Position numbers and translations under genes: made by a program
NCBI RefSeq assembly: GCF_008831285.2
Contig: NC_045138.2
Coordinates: forward strand, 25,048,001 to 25,112,000
DNA length: 64,000 bases
From: Nymphaea colorata
Taxonomy: Eukaryota
Direction: 5' to 3'
Part shown: in pieces, positions 1 through 14,300 of the stretch
Layout of the letters: each line of letters starts with the position of its first letter
Numbering within the stretch: the stretch's first letter is position 1
Notes under the pieces: model-generated
Told to the model about the DNA's origin: nothing
Database searches by the model: none
What the model saw: the letters and a program-made list of their open reading frames with translations, nothing else

Positions 1-3000
1 GGTTAAACTTGATCTGCTGGAAGCAAAGCAAAGTAAGGTTGAACCAGACGTGACTAGTACAATCAAATCTACTGTGTTGGAACCGTTGGAGGGTCAAGTG
101 GATTCAGCTAGGGATGAGTTGGACAGCACAATATCTTCAATAACTTTTAGTGAATTTGGAAATGGTGTTGCAGGTGAAGAATTGCCTAAAGACAGGCCTG
201 ATTTACAGAATTTTTTAAGAGACAAACGCAGGGAAGAATCGGTCCCAGACGCAGAAGAACTGTCTAAGGGCACTTTGGAGAATGATATGGCAAAAAAGCA
301 ACTGCTTGAAAACCTTGCACTTTCCAGCTTCTCATCTGGTAATAAGTTCTTTGTTTATCCTGAAGTTGCAATAGCTAATCATGATATCGAGGTTTTTCTA
401 AACAGGCAGATGTCTGCCCTGGAAAAAGAACCAAATGTTTTAATAATGGGTGCCTTTAATGGTTGGAGGTGGCAGTCCTTTACCAAGCCATTGCAGAAGA
501 CAGATTTGCAAGGGGATTGGTGGTCTTGCAAAGTGCATATCCCAAAAGAGGTGTATAGGATGGATTTTGTATTTTTCAATGGTGACAAGGTGTATGAAAA
601 TAACAATTCACAAGATTTCTATATGCCAGTTGAAGGTGGAATGGATATTTTTGATTTTGAAGATTTTTTGCTCAAGGAGAAAAGGAGAGAGATTGAGAAA
701 CTTGCAGCTGAACAAGCTGAAAGAGAAAGACGAGCTGCAGAACAGCGGCGGCTGGAGGAGGAGAAAGCTGCAAGTGAGATAGACAAGTTACAAGCAAAGA
801 CTGAAGCAGGGAAGAGGAGAGAAATATTGCAGCAAATAATGAGGAAGGCTGTTAACTCTGTTCATGATCAATGGTACATAGAGACGTCTCAGTTCATGGG
901 AGGAGACAAGGTTAAAATATATTATAACCGCAATTCTGGACCGCTTGCACACTGTGGGGAGGTATGGATTCATGGAGGGCATAATAATTGGCAAGATGGA
1001 CTGACAATAGCCGAAAGGCTAGATCATTCAGATGGGAGTTGGTGGTCTGCAGATGGTAGGTCGAACTGTTTCTTAATTTTTTGCCATGCTTGCTGTTAAG
1101 TGAATAGTGGCAGATAAGGTCCCTCATGTCCAATTTATATGAGAGTAGTGCATGTAATGTTTGGAGGGATATGAACGTACATGTCCATTGCTGCAACTTG
1201 AAAGCATTTTGTTCACCATGCACAAATGGTGGATATCTTTCTCTCGTTGCTGCTGTGCCCAAGTGGGTATGCACTGGCTTCGGGTGCCGCTCTTATAGTT
1301 GATGGTTATTATGCTTTATGTACTAATTCAAATGCATGAATATGTATGTCTATGACTATAATATATGTGTATGTGTATGTGTGTTACTGTCACATGATTA
1401 GCTATACTAAGCTTCTTACATGAAAACACATACACTGTGGCTGCATCTGCACTCAAGTTCTTTCACAAAAATGGTGCAACCTCCATCCACATTGATGTGA
1501 CATAGTTGTATATCATTCATTGACCTTTCCCAAAGTTTTCAGTGGAATGTGGAATACCATGGCATAAAAGTTGCATCCAGTGGATCATAAATGGAACGAT
1601 ACCTCGTTGCTTGGTTAATTGAATTTGCAATCTGATTTTCAGTTTGTTTGAGTTATAAGATCTTTTTAACTAATAGAGAAACTGACTGTTTATGTTTCAT
1701 GACAACATGTGATCTTATTTCTGTTGCAGTTACTGTTCCTGATAGAGCTCTTGTCCTTGATTGGGTGTTTACTGATGGACCACCGGGGCATGCAAAGGTA
1801 TATGATAACAACAAATTGCAGGATTTTCATGCTATTGTGCCTCAATCCATCCCTGAAGATCGATATTGGCTTGAAGAGGAACACCAAATATACATAAAAC
1901 TTCAGCAGGAACGGAAGCTTAAAGAGGAGGCTAAGCGTTTGAAGGTGAGCTGATCCTCAGCATGTGGTTAATAGGCCTCAGCGACTGAGGTATTATCTTG
2001 TCAACTTCTAGTTTGCATAGTGGATGTTAATGTCATCTGAATCACCTTAACCACCAGATGGAACTTTGATTGATAAGCAAGTTTTTGGAACTTTTGTTCA
2101 GGATGTTGTGGATCTTGTCAATGTGCGTATAAGCTTATGGGGTATTGTCAGACGAGTGTGAACATTAAACACATAAGAAAAGTCTCTCTTTCTCTGTCTC
2201 CCTTTTGATAGGGAACTTATGCTTCCGAAATATAACATGGTGAATTCCAGGCAGACCAAAGCATCACATATTTTCCTGGAGAAGGTGGAAAAGGAAATCT
2301 TATCTACATGTTTTCTTGCTTGTTTCTGCCATATATTGTTTATTTACTGATATGAGATATTAGATGCATTTGTGGTGCTTGTAAATTGACATGGTGGCTG
2401 GTCCAGTCCTGCTCAAACCCAGACATCAAAATTGACCTGCTTGATAATTATATAAGAGATCAGCATGCTATTCGCTGGCAGTACTTAAGAGCCTTATGAT
2501 GTGGATGTGCCACTAACATATATTTGCTGATTAAGGTTGGGAAAATTGGAAAATATATCCATGTTTACATGATTTAGCGATACCTGATATCTTGTAGTGC
2601 AAGGAAATGTAAGTACATAACTTTTTGTTTCTCTTTTCATTTTCAGTTGGTTTCACTGATGCATTTCTTTGTTCTCTAACCTTTCTAATCCTTCTGCATC
2701 TGAAAGTTATTGTATGACAATTATTCATCTAGATGCTCTTATTTACATACCGCCTTTACAATCTTCTGGTGTAGGCAGAAAAAACTGCATGCTTGAAAGC
2801 AGAAACAAAGGAGAGAACACTAAAAATGTTTTTGCTTTCTCAAAAGCACATAGTGTATACCGACCTACTTGATGTCCAAGCAGGGTGTCCTGTGACAGTT
2901 TTCTACAATCCTACCAATACTGTTCTGAATGGCAAATCTGAAATATGGTTCAGATGCTCATTTAATCGTTGGACGCATCGTCTTGGTTCTCTACCTCCTC

Positions 3001-6000
3001 AGAAAATGATTTCATTTGATTCCAGCTCCCATGTGAAAGCAACAGGTGAAATGTCATATGAGCCCTAGTGGAAATGTTTACTTTCCTGTTTTGGTGTGTT
3101 TCATTGGTTCATGTTAGAATCACGGCTTTGTTTGCACTTAACTGGCTGATGCATCCTTGTCTAAGAGTCAAGTACTCTCTCCACATATTCATGTACAGTA
3201 ATATTTTGGTTGTAGTCGCTTGAACACTCACCATGGATTGAGCATGAAAGTCTGTCCTTTCCATTTAACGGTAGACGACTTCAGTAAAGACTGGATACTT
3301 TGTAAATATATTTTACATATACATATGTTATTTTTGTCTTTGAATGTTTTATAAAACATTGCCTAAGTTTTAGTGAATAACAAAATTTACTCAAGTTTCA
3401 AAAATTTTCATTTGACTATGAATTTTGTAATATATATAAAAGAAAACAGATAACTACCAGACCCTCATTAGGCCATCAATTCTAATGAGATCAAGTGGTG
3501 AAGATTAAGTTGCAAATATGAAGGCCAAATTGTTTTTTCAAGTGTCTGAAATACCTTTCAAAGAATACAAGAGGTTTCGTTTAAGGAAACTCATTTTTTC
3601 CCTTCTTTTGAAGGGTATTTTGGATTCTCGAAGAAACAAAATTTGATTTCTATATTTACAACTTAATCTTCATCACTTGATCTTCTTAGAATCAATGACT
3701 TAGATGATTCCCATCAAATTTTGGTATATGAGGGTCTGGTAGCTGCCTGTTTTGCTATACATAAGTGTGTGTAATGTAAGTCCTATAATGTGTACATCAG
3801 GGAAAATGAGGACTATGATGATCATCCTTGGTCATCTCTTCATATGACCAGACAACTAAGAAGTTGCCATGTGTCGAACTGCTTTTTATTTTGAGAACCT
3901 GTTAGTAGTTTGACTTTTAGTAGTTGCTTAAAGTGTAACAATTTGCAGCTCATCTAATCAGATTTATTAGAGTAGTCATAATTAGTAATCATATTTTCTC
4001 TCTTTCCTAGCACGCTTATGCATGCCCTCCAGAATGTACATGTGCTGGGAAAAATGATGAAGACGAAGAAAGAAAGTAGAAACATAAGGTACAATAACCA
4101 TCAGGGATATATAAGCATGCCATGTATCACTAGTCTTAAGCCTTAACAAGATAAAAATTATAGCATGTGAGATTTCTCTGCCAGGTGACTTTATTGAAAA
4201 GGAACTTTATGTCATTGGATTCTGTTGAAGAAAAATATGATTACGGATTTTATAAGAATGAAGCGGTCTATTCATAGTCATCATAGGCATGTCAGAGAAT
4301 GGGCCCAAATTAGAAGGATGTGACTTAATTTAATTCCTATCTTTCTCTTTTGCAGTAAAGGTTCCATTGGATGCTTACTTGATGGACTTCGTCTTTTCTG
4401 AAAGAGAGGATGGTGGGATCTATGACAACAGAAATGGCATGGATTACCATGTTCCTGTAATTGGTGGAGTTGCGAGAGAGCCACCAATGCATATTGTCCA
4501 TATTGCCGTGGAAATGGCACCTATTGCAAAGGTACTTATATCAATATCACCTTTTCCCTATGGTTGGATCATGGATGTGCATTTGTTTGACTTATTTAGA
4601 ACTTATGAAGTTAAAATATATGTATGTGTGCTTGAATCATGATTCTTTTTTCATACCATAAACTGAAAGAGATAATATTTCTACAACTTGTGGTGAACAA
4701 TCTACTAGTATACTTATCTGGCGTTTGGTGACCTATTTAATGAGTTCTTTCCTTCTTAGGGCATTTTGACACGAGCATTGCTCAATGGTGAGCTTGTTTG
4801 CTGGGTTTATGAAAGTAGTTAAATTCTTGCTTATTTGCTACCTACTTTGTCTGGAAGCATCTTCCTTTTTTCACACGCACCAGTCCTGTCTGTATACATG
4901 TAGAGACACATTACATGCATGTGAATTGTGCATTGTGCATGCACACATAGAACCACACACACATGCGTACACATATAAATACATTTGCTTATATCACTTC
5001 TATCTTTGCCTTGGAGGGTATGGATATCAATTTCAGATGATTGTATGGAGATGGAACTATGAATAGATTTTTTCAAACTCATTCTTAGAAATTTGAGGCC
5101 AGAATTTTTTAGCATGTCATGGAATATTTAAACAAAGTGAAAGGTATTATAAACCAACTAGTAGTTGTGGGTTGTGCGGTTCAGGATAAATTTAAGGTGC
5201 AACAAAAAGTGAACAGTAGGGCCAAATTTTATGTTCTTACAACCTCACTTCCTTGTTTATCTCCGTTGTCTAATTCTAAAGGCTTATGGGCAACACTTCT
5301 GCAATATGAGATGACTTTGAAGACTACAACAAAGGATTCTAACATGCAACCAGATTCACTTTTAGTCTTCTTCATTGGTGTTTCTTGTAACTTGTAAGCA
5401 TGGATATGGAGGAGACAACTTCAGAAGTGGAAGAGGTCAATGAAGGCCTGGACAAGGAGGCTGACAGGCTTAGGCTTGGCTGAGCTCATGTTTGTTTATC
5501 CTTTGCGGTGTTTATGCAGATGAAAGTAAATGCCAAATCCTGTGCTTATGGTCTAGTACAGCTGTTAGATTACTTAAGGAATCGTCTACTTGATGTGCCT
5601 TTCTTGCAAGCTGGTTTCCTACTTAAGGAATTCAAAACTGTACATTTTTTAATTCTTCATGCATTCACTTGCAATGCTTGTCTCTCGCTGTAAACCATTT
5701 GAAGGTCTACCTGGCACATGGCAGCATATTTATTTAAAATCCAATGTTTTTTTTATACTTCTATGTGACTATAACTTCTGCCTCTTTTTTCCATTAACTT
5801 GTTCCATGACATATTGTTACTCTTGCTGCAGGTTGGAGGGCTAGGAGATGTTGTTACAAGCCTTTCTCGTGCTGTGCAAGAATTAGGACATAATGTTGAG
5901 ATCATTCTTCCAAAATATGATTGCATAAATTATACCAATGTGAGATATCCTTTCTTATAGACGACAATTTTCTGTTTTAGATTCATATCTGAAAGAGTTT

Positions 6001-9000
6001 CTTGTATTGAAGCTTGATCTTTGTTCATTTTCTGGGTCGCTTGACCTATCCATGTCAAAGTAATGCAACATATTTATAGATTTTTTGCTGTGATTCAATT
6101 GTGAAATGCATCTTTTTTGCTTTGTCTTCAATATATGTATGTAACACAAGTAATACTGTCCCACACGAGTGTAAGAAATTCAAGCACCAATATCTGAGTT
6201 CTGAAATCAGCATTCACGCAGGAATATAGAGAGAGAAAGAGTGAACAAGAAGAAGATGAGGAGAAGAAGCCATAACCAAAGTGGTTTGCACGGCCTCTAT
6301 TTATAATCCCATTTCCAGAATTCTAAGAGTCTCCAATCGTAGAATCCTAGGAGATTTTACAAGCTACAAGGACATTAATTACATCATAGAATCCTAGGAG
6401 ACTTCACATATTACAAGGATAATAACTACAACATAGAATCCTAGGAGGCTTCACATATTACAAGGATATTAACTACAACATGGAATCTTAGGAGACTCTT
6501 CACATGTTACAAGAACATTAAATATCTTAACACATTTTACAAGGATGTGGAATCCTAAGAGACTCCTCTTGTGAAGGATTTATAGTTTAATAACGAGGTC
6601 ACACTTTTTCAGACCACTATTAGTTGTCCTATCATCCTTATCTGATTCTTTTCTTAGAGGAAAAACTGTGAAAACAGTAACTAAGTTTCCTAACTCATAA
6701 ATGAATTCCAGGTACTTTTTGGCAGGTTGTGGAGAGATGTAAATTGAAGTGGTAGGGATTCTGAACCTGCAATTCATAAAGCATGTAAAATTCTTGAATA
6801 TCTTTATGATTCACTATGCCTTGCTTTAAATAGCTGAAGAAAACAGTAATCAATGAACAGAAATAGCATCTTGGAAGTGGCGGCAATAGCTGGGATGGCT
6901 AGAAAATTATCTGCATTTTGATGCTTCCTGTCTTTTATAGCTAAAAATTTCCAATTATGAGCTAGTAAATGTCATATTTGTATAGATATCTATGAAGCAG
7001 TTGAACCAAATATAAACACATGGTCACATATGCAGGTAAAAGATATGCAGTTCTTAAGAGAGTTTGGCTGGCGAGGGACCCAAGTTAAGGTCTGGTTTGG
7101 CAAGGTGGAAGGCCTTCCTGTTTATTTCTTAGAGCCTCAGAATGGGTAAATTTTCTTGTTCCTTTTTTTATTGGTTTCTTCCTTTTCAGTTGCTTTATTT
7201 ATCTGGAAGTTGTTGCAGGCTTATCCATTCCCTGTTTTTGTTTGTACAGTTGTACTATATGAGATAAACATTCTCTGTCCTGTATCTGGTGTGCCTTTAG
7301 TAGTGTAATGGTAAATCATTGTTACGTAAGATATTTATTAATCTATCAATTATCCGCTAAGAATTGAATAAGGCTTGTCTTCTAATTTGATTATACAACT
7401 AAAAGAACAAGAAATTTCAATGTTGTCAATCAAATGACCTTCTTCTGATTTTCCAAGTCAGGTTTTTCAAGTTTTTCAGGGATTTGATTGGAATTATTTG
7501 TTCTATCTTGATCTACCTTACAGAATCTTGTCCATTTTAGGCTCTACACCAACTGTAATTACCAATGTTCAAGTTCAAAGAGCTATACTTTCTCATTTCC
7601 CATTAGCTTGTTCTAACTTATTGAGTAGATCATAGGCAAACAGCATACTGCCCTGCAAAATTTTCCCTTTTTGAGTGAAATTGCAGTAGTTATAATCTAG
7701 TTTAAGTAATGTTTCTCTGATACATGCCCATCTTACTTATTTAATGTTTGCATTGTAAGATTTTCCAGAATGATTTTTATTTACTTTTTATTTAGTTTTT
7801 TATATTCTTAACTGTTTGATGCCTGATTACTTTACAGAATGTTTTGGGTTCGATGCATATATGGTTGCAAGAATGACGGGGAGCGATTTGGTTTCTTTTG
7901 TCACGCAGCACTAGAGTTTTTGCAACAAAGTGGTTCTCACCCTGTAAGTCTCACAACAAATTTGACTTGGCTTCTTCTGGTTTTCTTTGGTTAGTTCACC
8001 ACACCCCTGTTTGAGTGCACTAGTAGCAACATGGCAGAACACAGGTGCTGCTTTGGACATGATAAAAAATTGTGGGTCGATCAAGTCGCCCATGTTTTAT
8101 TTTCATGAAAAATTGGGCGGCAGATCACATTTGAGAAAAGCCCAGTTTTGTTTAGAAAAGTAAAACATAAATTCTTATAAACAGAAAGATTGTCTTAGTT
8201 GTCAAAAGACTCAAAACTTTAGTAGCAAAAATGTTCTTTATTATTTGGATTGAGAGGGTGTTACATTTTCATCTTCTGTCACTTGTTTATGTTTAAATAG
8301 TTCATTTTGAACAGGATGTCTTGCACTGCCATGATTGGTCAAGTGCACCAGTTGCATGGTTATTTAAAGAGAACTACAGGCATTATGGTCTAAGCAACAC
8401 GCGAGTTGTTTTTACAATCCATAATCTTGAGTTTGGAGCTGGCTTAATTGGGAAGGCTATGGCCAATGCCGATAAGGCTACGACAGTTAGTATCTCTTTG
8501 GCCTTAGCCATCTATTTTCTTTTCCCAGATATTTCAGTTGTTTCTCCTTTGTTAAGACCATGTTTAGATGTAACTACATATACTATCAATAGATATTACA
8601 TACAACCGATATCTACTGCCACTAAAATAAGCAGATAAACAGGCTTGCTTCTTTTGAGGGTCGGTCTGAAATTATTTCTGAACAAATATCTTTGGATCTA
8701 TAAATAAGATGTTGGTTGCACCTATCATTGGGTCAAATTTGGTTGAGTTGGTGGCTCTACTAGACCAAACTTGATATTTGCTTATCTAAAAGGTATTTTG
8801 AATCATGATGATGATTCATGGCTGTAAACAGAGAGATATGGTAGAGTGGGATCCATATATGGTCCACATTAGCCAGTGATCTTTATTTGGCTTAAAGCAT
8901 CATATGGCATATCAGCATTAGAGATGTAACCTTCTTGATAATTCAATGCTTATTTCAGCTGTTGGGCTCTTAAGGAATCATGGTAAATTGACTATGTTGA

Positions 9001-11728
9001 TGGCTATATCATGTTGGTAGATGTGGATTCCATGTTGACATGGCAAGGAAAGGCCCAAAGTTGACATACTTAGGCAACCTAACAGTTGGACTTTTCTTTG
9101 GCATGGTTGATGCTGTGCCTCTGTTCATTCTTTTCCTGTGTCTTCAAGTTAACATGCCCATGCAGCTAATGTCATTGGACTGCAAAATTTTCTGTATCTT
9201 GAATTTAACATGCCTATGTGGCTAATGTAATATACCTATCTCATTGTTCACATTTCACTTCCTGATGAATTTATACTTTCATCAATATGTTTAACGAATT
9301 AATGCTAAGATCTGCTCAGGCCTCAGGAAAAGTAGTGAGAAAATTTTTTGGCTTTAAGGTGGGAACGTAAAAAATTATGTGAATGTTCTTGCCAACATAC
9401 TGATGCCTGAGCATGAATTTATTTATTGTAGGATTCTATCTTTGAGTTCATTAGAAATGCTAAAAGAGAGATAAATCATTAATGTTCTGAAAGCATGAAC
9501 TTTTTATTTTTCTTTCCAAATATTATTTTAATTTTGTTATTTCTTAACTTTAGATGAATTTTATGAATTCATATTTTTTTGGTCTCTGCAGGTTTCAATC
9601 ACTTATTCAAAGGAAGTTTCTGGCAACCCGGCAATTTCTCCAAATCTCTACAAGTTCCATGGCATTTTGAATGGCATCGATCCCGATATCTGGGATCCTT
9701 ACAATGATCCTTTCATACCTGTAAGTCTGCTAGATTACTCTCTAAAGAAGTATTTGAAATCCACCCTTGTTAATTGAATATATCTTGACCTAATTATAGC
9801 ATAGCCTGTCCTCAGTTTGAACTGTAGCTAGGATAAGATAATAGCATTTGAATAATATCTTTATGCAATTTCAGGTGTCCTATACATCTGAGAATGTTGT
9901 GGAAGGGAAGAAGGCAGCAAAGGAGGCCTTGCAGCAGAGACTTGGTCTGAGGAAATCTGATCATCCTTTAGTGGGTATTATCACACGTTTAACTGTTCAA
10001 AAAGGAATTCACCTTATCAAACATGCAATTTGGCGAACTCTTGAGCGTAATGGGCAGGTATTGTAATTCTTACTTTGCTCCTTTGTGGCTGCCACTTCCA
10101 GGAATACTTACTACCATGTTCATTCTTCTTACTTCTTAGCTGCTTTCCTAGGCATGTACATCTTTTGATTGTTACTGAGTTTTTTCCAGGTCGTTTTACT
10201 TGGTTCTGCACCAGATCCTCGAATACAAAATGATTTTGTGAATTTAGCAAACCAATTACATAGCTCACATGCTGATCGGGCCCGCCTTTGTTTAACCTAT
10301 GATGAGCCTCTTTCTCATTTGGTAAGGGTTGCTGGTGTTGACTAGCATCCAGTTTGTACTGTGGTAGCATACTTGTTAACTGTTTTAACTGATGAATTTG
10401 GATTCTCATAGATATATGCAGGTGCAGATTTTATTCTAGTTCCATCACTTTTTGAGCCATGTGGATTAACACAGCTAATTGCAATGCGTTATGGATCTGT
10501 TCCTGTTGTACGCAGGACTGGAGGTATTATTTTTCAACGCTATTTAGTTTCATACTATTATTCCACAATGTTTCCTTCTTATAATTCACATAGTAGCCTC
10601 AATGGGAGTGTAATGTTCTATAAAGTTTTTGTTATTTATTTAAATATTTTTGTGTGTGCATGTAATCTCTATGCATGTATATGTTCGATATACAAAGGGA
10701 AAGATAAACTAGGTCATCCTGCAAACAGTTGATAAAAATATGCCATTCTATTGGATGAGATTTTGTTCAAAAATCTTTATGCGAAAATGGAATATTTTGA
10801 AAACCCAAGAGGTATCAGGGAACCCCTGACACCTCGTGGCTCTGCAGCTACCAGATCCGTCATGAGAAACAAAATTTACATTAGGCATACTAAGGCAACC
10901 CAGGTGCTCTATTTACTGGTCCATATTTATTATCTGCAGGACTTAATGACACTGTATTTGATGTTGAACATGACAAAGAGAGAGCCAAGGCACAAGGCCT
11001 TGAGCCAAATGGGTTCAATTTTGAAGGAGCTGATACTGCTGGCATTGATTATGCACTTAATAGGTGAGTTACCCTTTTTCCTTCCCAAATATGAGATGGG
11101 GATCTAATTGGTCTTTTTGCTAGCTTGTTATAGTGGTAGACACTAGTTCATTATGTGATTCTGTTTGCCAGACTACCTGTTGCTCCCATCTGTATTTTAG
11201 ACATTTTTAAGAAAATACTGGTCAGTTTTGTCTTGCACATACAGCAGAGCAAACCTCCATTTCTTGCATGTTAAAACATTCTTTTTGCAATTTTCTTTCA
11301 TGGCAACATGGATTTCGGGGAATACTTCTTATGGGTTTTGGATTTCTGTCACTTTTTTATTGCATGGTCTATCTTTATTATACCAGCTCAAGGCCTATCT
11401 TCTCATTGCCTCTTAACCCAGGTTAAAATTGGGGGTTTAGTGTTAAACTAAGTTGGATGAGATCAGTGATGTCCTCATTTTTTTTACGGTTTTGGATTGC
11501 TGTTACTTGTTTATGGCATGACTGTCATACTTGCAGTTGTAGGAATATTCTTTGAAAAATTTCTTGATTACATGACTTTGTTGCTTCATATCCATTAGAG
11601 CAATGACTGCATGGTATGATGCTCGGAGCTGGTTCAATTCACTCTGCAAGCAAGTGATGGAACAAGATTGGTCGTGGAACCGGCCTGCGTTGGACTACAT
11701 GGAGCTCTATCATGCTGCACGAAAATAA
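1..11728 (+). CDS. SS3: Soluble starch synthase III (CBM53 repeats + GT5/GT1 catalytic region), 5'-truncated by the window edge. Exons: <1-1055, 1730-1944, 2775-3045, 4356-4531, 5832-5939, 7036-7145, 7838-7943, 8315-8485, 9592-9720, 9875-10057, 10190-10321, 10412-10523, 10940-11063, 11599-11728
   Basis: Three starch-binding repeats ([20 protein letters not shown]), the spliced [13 protein letters not shown] (KxGGL) motif, [25 protein letters not shown], and C-terminus [20 protein letters not shown]. Introns are GT-AG and join in frame. Confidence 0.97.
3435..3760. mobile_element. Fold-back MITE-like element in an SS3 intron
   Basis: Long imperfect inverted arms: CTACCAGACCCTCAT (3454-3468) vs ATGAGGGTCTGGTAG (3728-3742), and GATCAAGTGGTGAAGATTAAGTTG vs CAACTTAATCTTCATCACTTGATC. 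Ends approximate. Confidence 0.75.
6170..6592 (-). mobile_element. Solo LTR in an SS3 intron, antisense, with internal ~42-bp tandem repeats
   Basis: Begins TGTAAGA and ends TTTAATA (degenerate CA). Identical 5-bp flanks ACGAG at 6165-6169 and 6593-6597. TATAAATAGAGG on the minus strand near 6293-6305. Repeated AGAATCCTAGGAG..TTACAAGGA units at about 6340-6565. Confidence 0.85.
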
Positions 11729-14049
11729 GTCAAGCGAGCACCCAGTTTTGGAAGTCTATGCATGCGATTCCCAAGCAGTATATTTTTTGTTAAGTAGGAG
11801 TTCTGTACAGCCTTAATTATATTTAACAGTATTGTTGGCTCATTCTTTCCTTCGATGCTTCTTCCCTTCGTTAGCATCATCTGGTACGTGAGTATATCAG
11901 ACTAAATGTTAATAATGCGCTCCGTTTGTATATCATTTGAGTTGGTCGTATCAGAATAAATGTTCAAATTTCTATTTTTGCTCTACATGAAGCTGCCATA
12001 GTTACTGAGAGCAAGGAAGGTACTAAAGTTGGATATTTTGAATGTCTCCTTATATACATATTCAATACACACATATATATATATATATAAAGCATATTAT
12101 CTAAGTCCTTTGGTTGGTGCAGATTAAGTTGGTCAGTGGGTCACATGGGGGCATGTGCAGGTGCCTCCACTCTTATGCCATGCGCCCTTATTGGGTGGTT
12201 TAAGAGACGCCCCCTTTGGGACCCTTTGGCAACCAGAACATTGAACTAGTGCCCCACTAATCTGTCTGTCCCATACCATGAACACGCCTTAATGTTTGGG
12301 ATAAATTCAGGAAACGCTAGTGCAGCGTTCCAGTATGCTGACATTGGATGGGTTAGGGCGAGAGTATGTGGAAAGAGTGAATCGAGACATGCTCCATATG
12401 TGATGCGGATATGCATGGACCTCCCTGGATTTTGTTCTGTGAGTTTGATTTCTTGTATATACAGCTTATAAAATCTAAAAATTTGCACTATCATGCAAAA
12501 TAAGAATAAAATAAATAAAAAGTGGAAGCCCCTTTTGCAGCAAATCCATGACTTGTTTCTTCCCTTTTTCTCCGCCACCTCCTTTCGCAAGGCTTTAGTT
12601 GATGAAATGGACCCAGTCATTAAAGAAATGTTAAGAAGTCATAACTATGGCCTATGGGATTTAATTACCGAGCTATTATTGGAATTTGAATCACCGCGCA
12701 CGTAAATGGGTGCTAGTTCTGAACGAATTCATTAAAATAAATTGGTGAAAGTTACCACTTTTTTATTATTATTATATAATAACTACAACCGGTATTGCCC
12801 AATATACAACATTTAAGATTATCTTAATGCAGCCCATCGATCTAAGCTGCAAAATTAATAACAATATGTTTTGGACACGTATTATGTTGAGCAACCTGAC
12901 TTCCAGTTGTGCACCCGTATTGGCCCTTAGTCTTTGGTGAATTTTTTGTATTCATAATCTTTTCTGTCCATATTTTTACGACAACAAACTTTTTTATTCA
13001 ATTGCATTGTGCTGTTTAAAACAATTTTCTGTGGACCGGTGATGTAAAGAGTGGGGTGAATCGGCTAATTTAAATTAAACGGCTAGAAATCAATTCGTTC
13101 ACCGGCCAATATGGCTGCCATGCGTCATACACTATTTATTAAGAATTTTGAGCGACTTTTACTTTTAAATATTTAATTTTCTTATTTTTAAAATTTTTTA
13201 TATTATTCAAAAATTAATATAGCATTTTGGTGTTTTATATTGGCAAAGTACAACGCTGTATTATATAACAATGTGCACTCTTAATTTGCGCGCTCAAAGC
13301 AACACTGCATTTTGGTGGTTAATTACCGTTCATTTAATCTATAATGAGCTAAACCATTCAGTATTATGTGGCTTTAGAGAAAATAAGAAAGAAAAAAGAA
13401 AAAAATGTGCCATGGGCCTCTAAAACCAGAATTTAGTTAATTTATTTTGAAAGCCAAAACTTAGTTTAGCAAAAAGGAAAAAAAAAAAAACTAAAAGAAT
13501 CATAACGCCCAGAAGTTCAATTCTTGCAACAAGATGGACGCCAAATTTTTTGGCATTAATTTGAGAAGCCATTCGTCTATGGGTGGTTCCACAATTTTCT
13601 TGAATTTAGAGAAAGTGCAATATTTGTGTAGAACAATATTTTGGTATAGTGGAAGTACACAACTAGTCAGGTGATCTCAGTTGAAAAAGTTGTTCTGCAC
13701 ATAATGATTCATAAACTTTAGATGGTCTTTTTTGCTTTAATCCTATTTTGACTTTTAACCTTGAGAAACCGCACCCATGTTAAGCGACTTTATCGTCAGG
13801 AGCCCCGCCCCTAGGTTTTGATATAGTGCGAAATGATGTCAATTTGATAATTACCTTTTGGAACCCCACATGCTGTTGCTGACAAAAAATGTTCATCTTT
13901 TCAAGCTTTTATCTGCAGAAAAAATGAAAAATATGCATAATTACGAGTTTTCTCATCAGATTTTGAGAAATAACTAAATGAATATAGAAGTTGTAGACGA
14001 CTGATCGGTGGGAACAAAGACCACCAATGTATGATGCTATAGGTACATA

Positions 14050-14300
14050 GTTTGTCAAGAATTTGTCAATTAGACAGCTTCAGAAATGTTTCATGAATCT
14101 GGTTTAATCGAAACATTTACAAAGTATCCTCGCTGTCAAACAACCCCTTAAGAGCTGTTTCGCAATGAAAACAGTTGGCTACTGTTGTTCCATAAATCTA
14201 CCTAAAAAATTCATGGAACACTATGCTATTATGTTTCATTAATCTGGTCAAATCCTTGGGACAGATTTATGGAATAATAACATTATGTTATTGTCCTGTA
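14050..14300. mobile_element. Two adjacent degenerate Tourist-like MITE copies
   Basis: TGTCAAACAACCCC-TTA-AGAGCTGTTT junction near 14134-14160. Internal ATTCATGGAACACTATGCTA is shared with the element at 55404-55545. Confidence 0.5.

Noticed and set aside
6340..6565. Regularly spaced repeats resembling a CRISPR array
   Set aside because: The intervening sequences are similar to each other, the context is eukaryotic, and the repeats lie inside a solo LTR.
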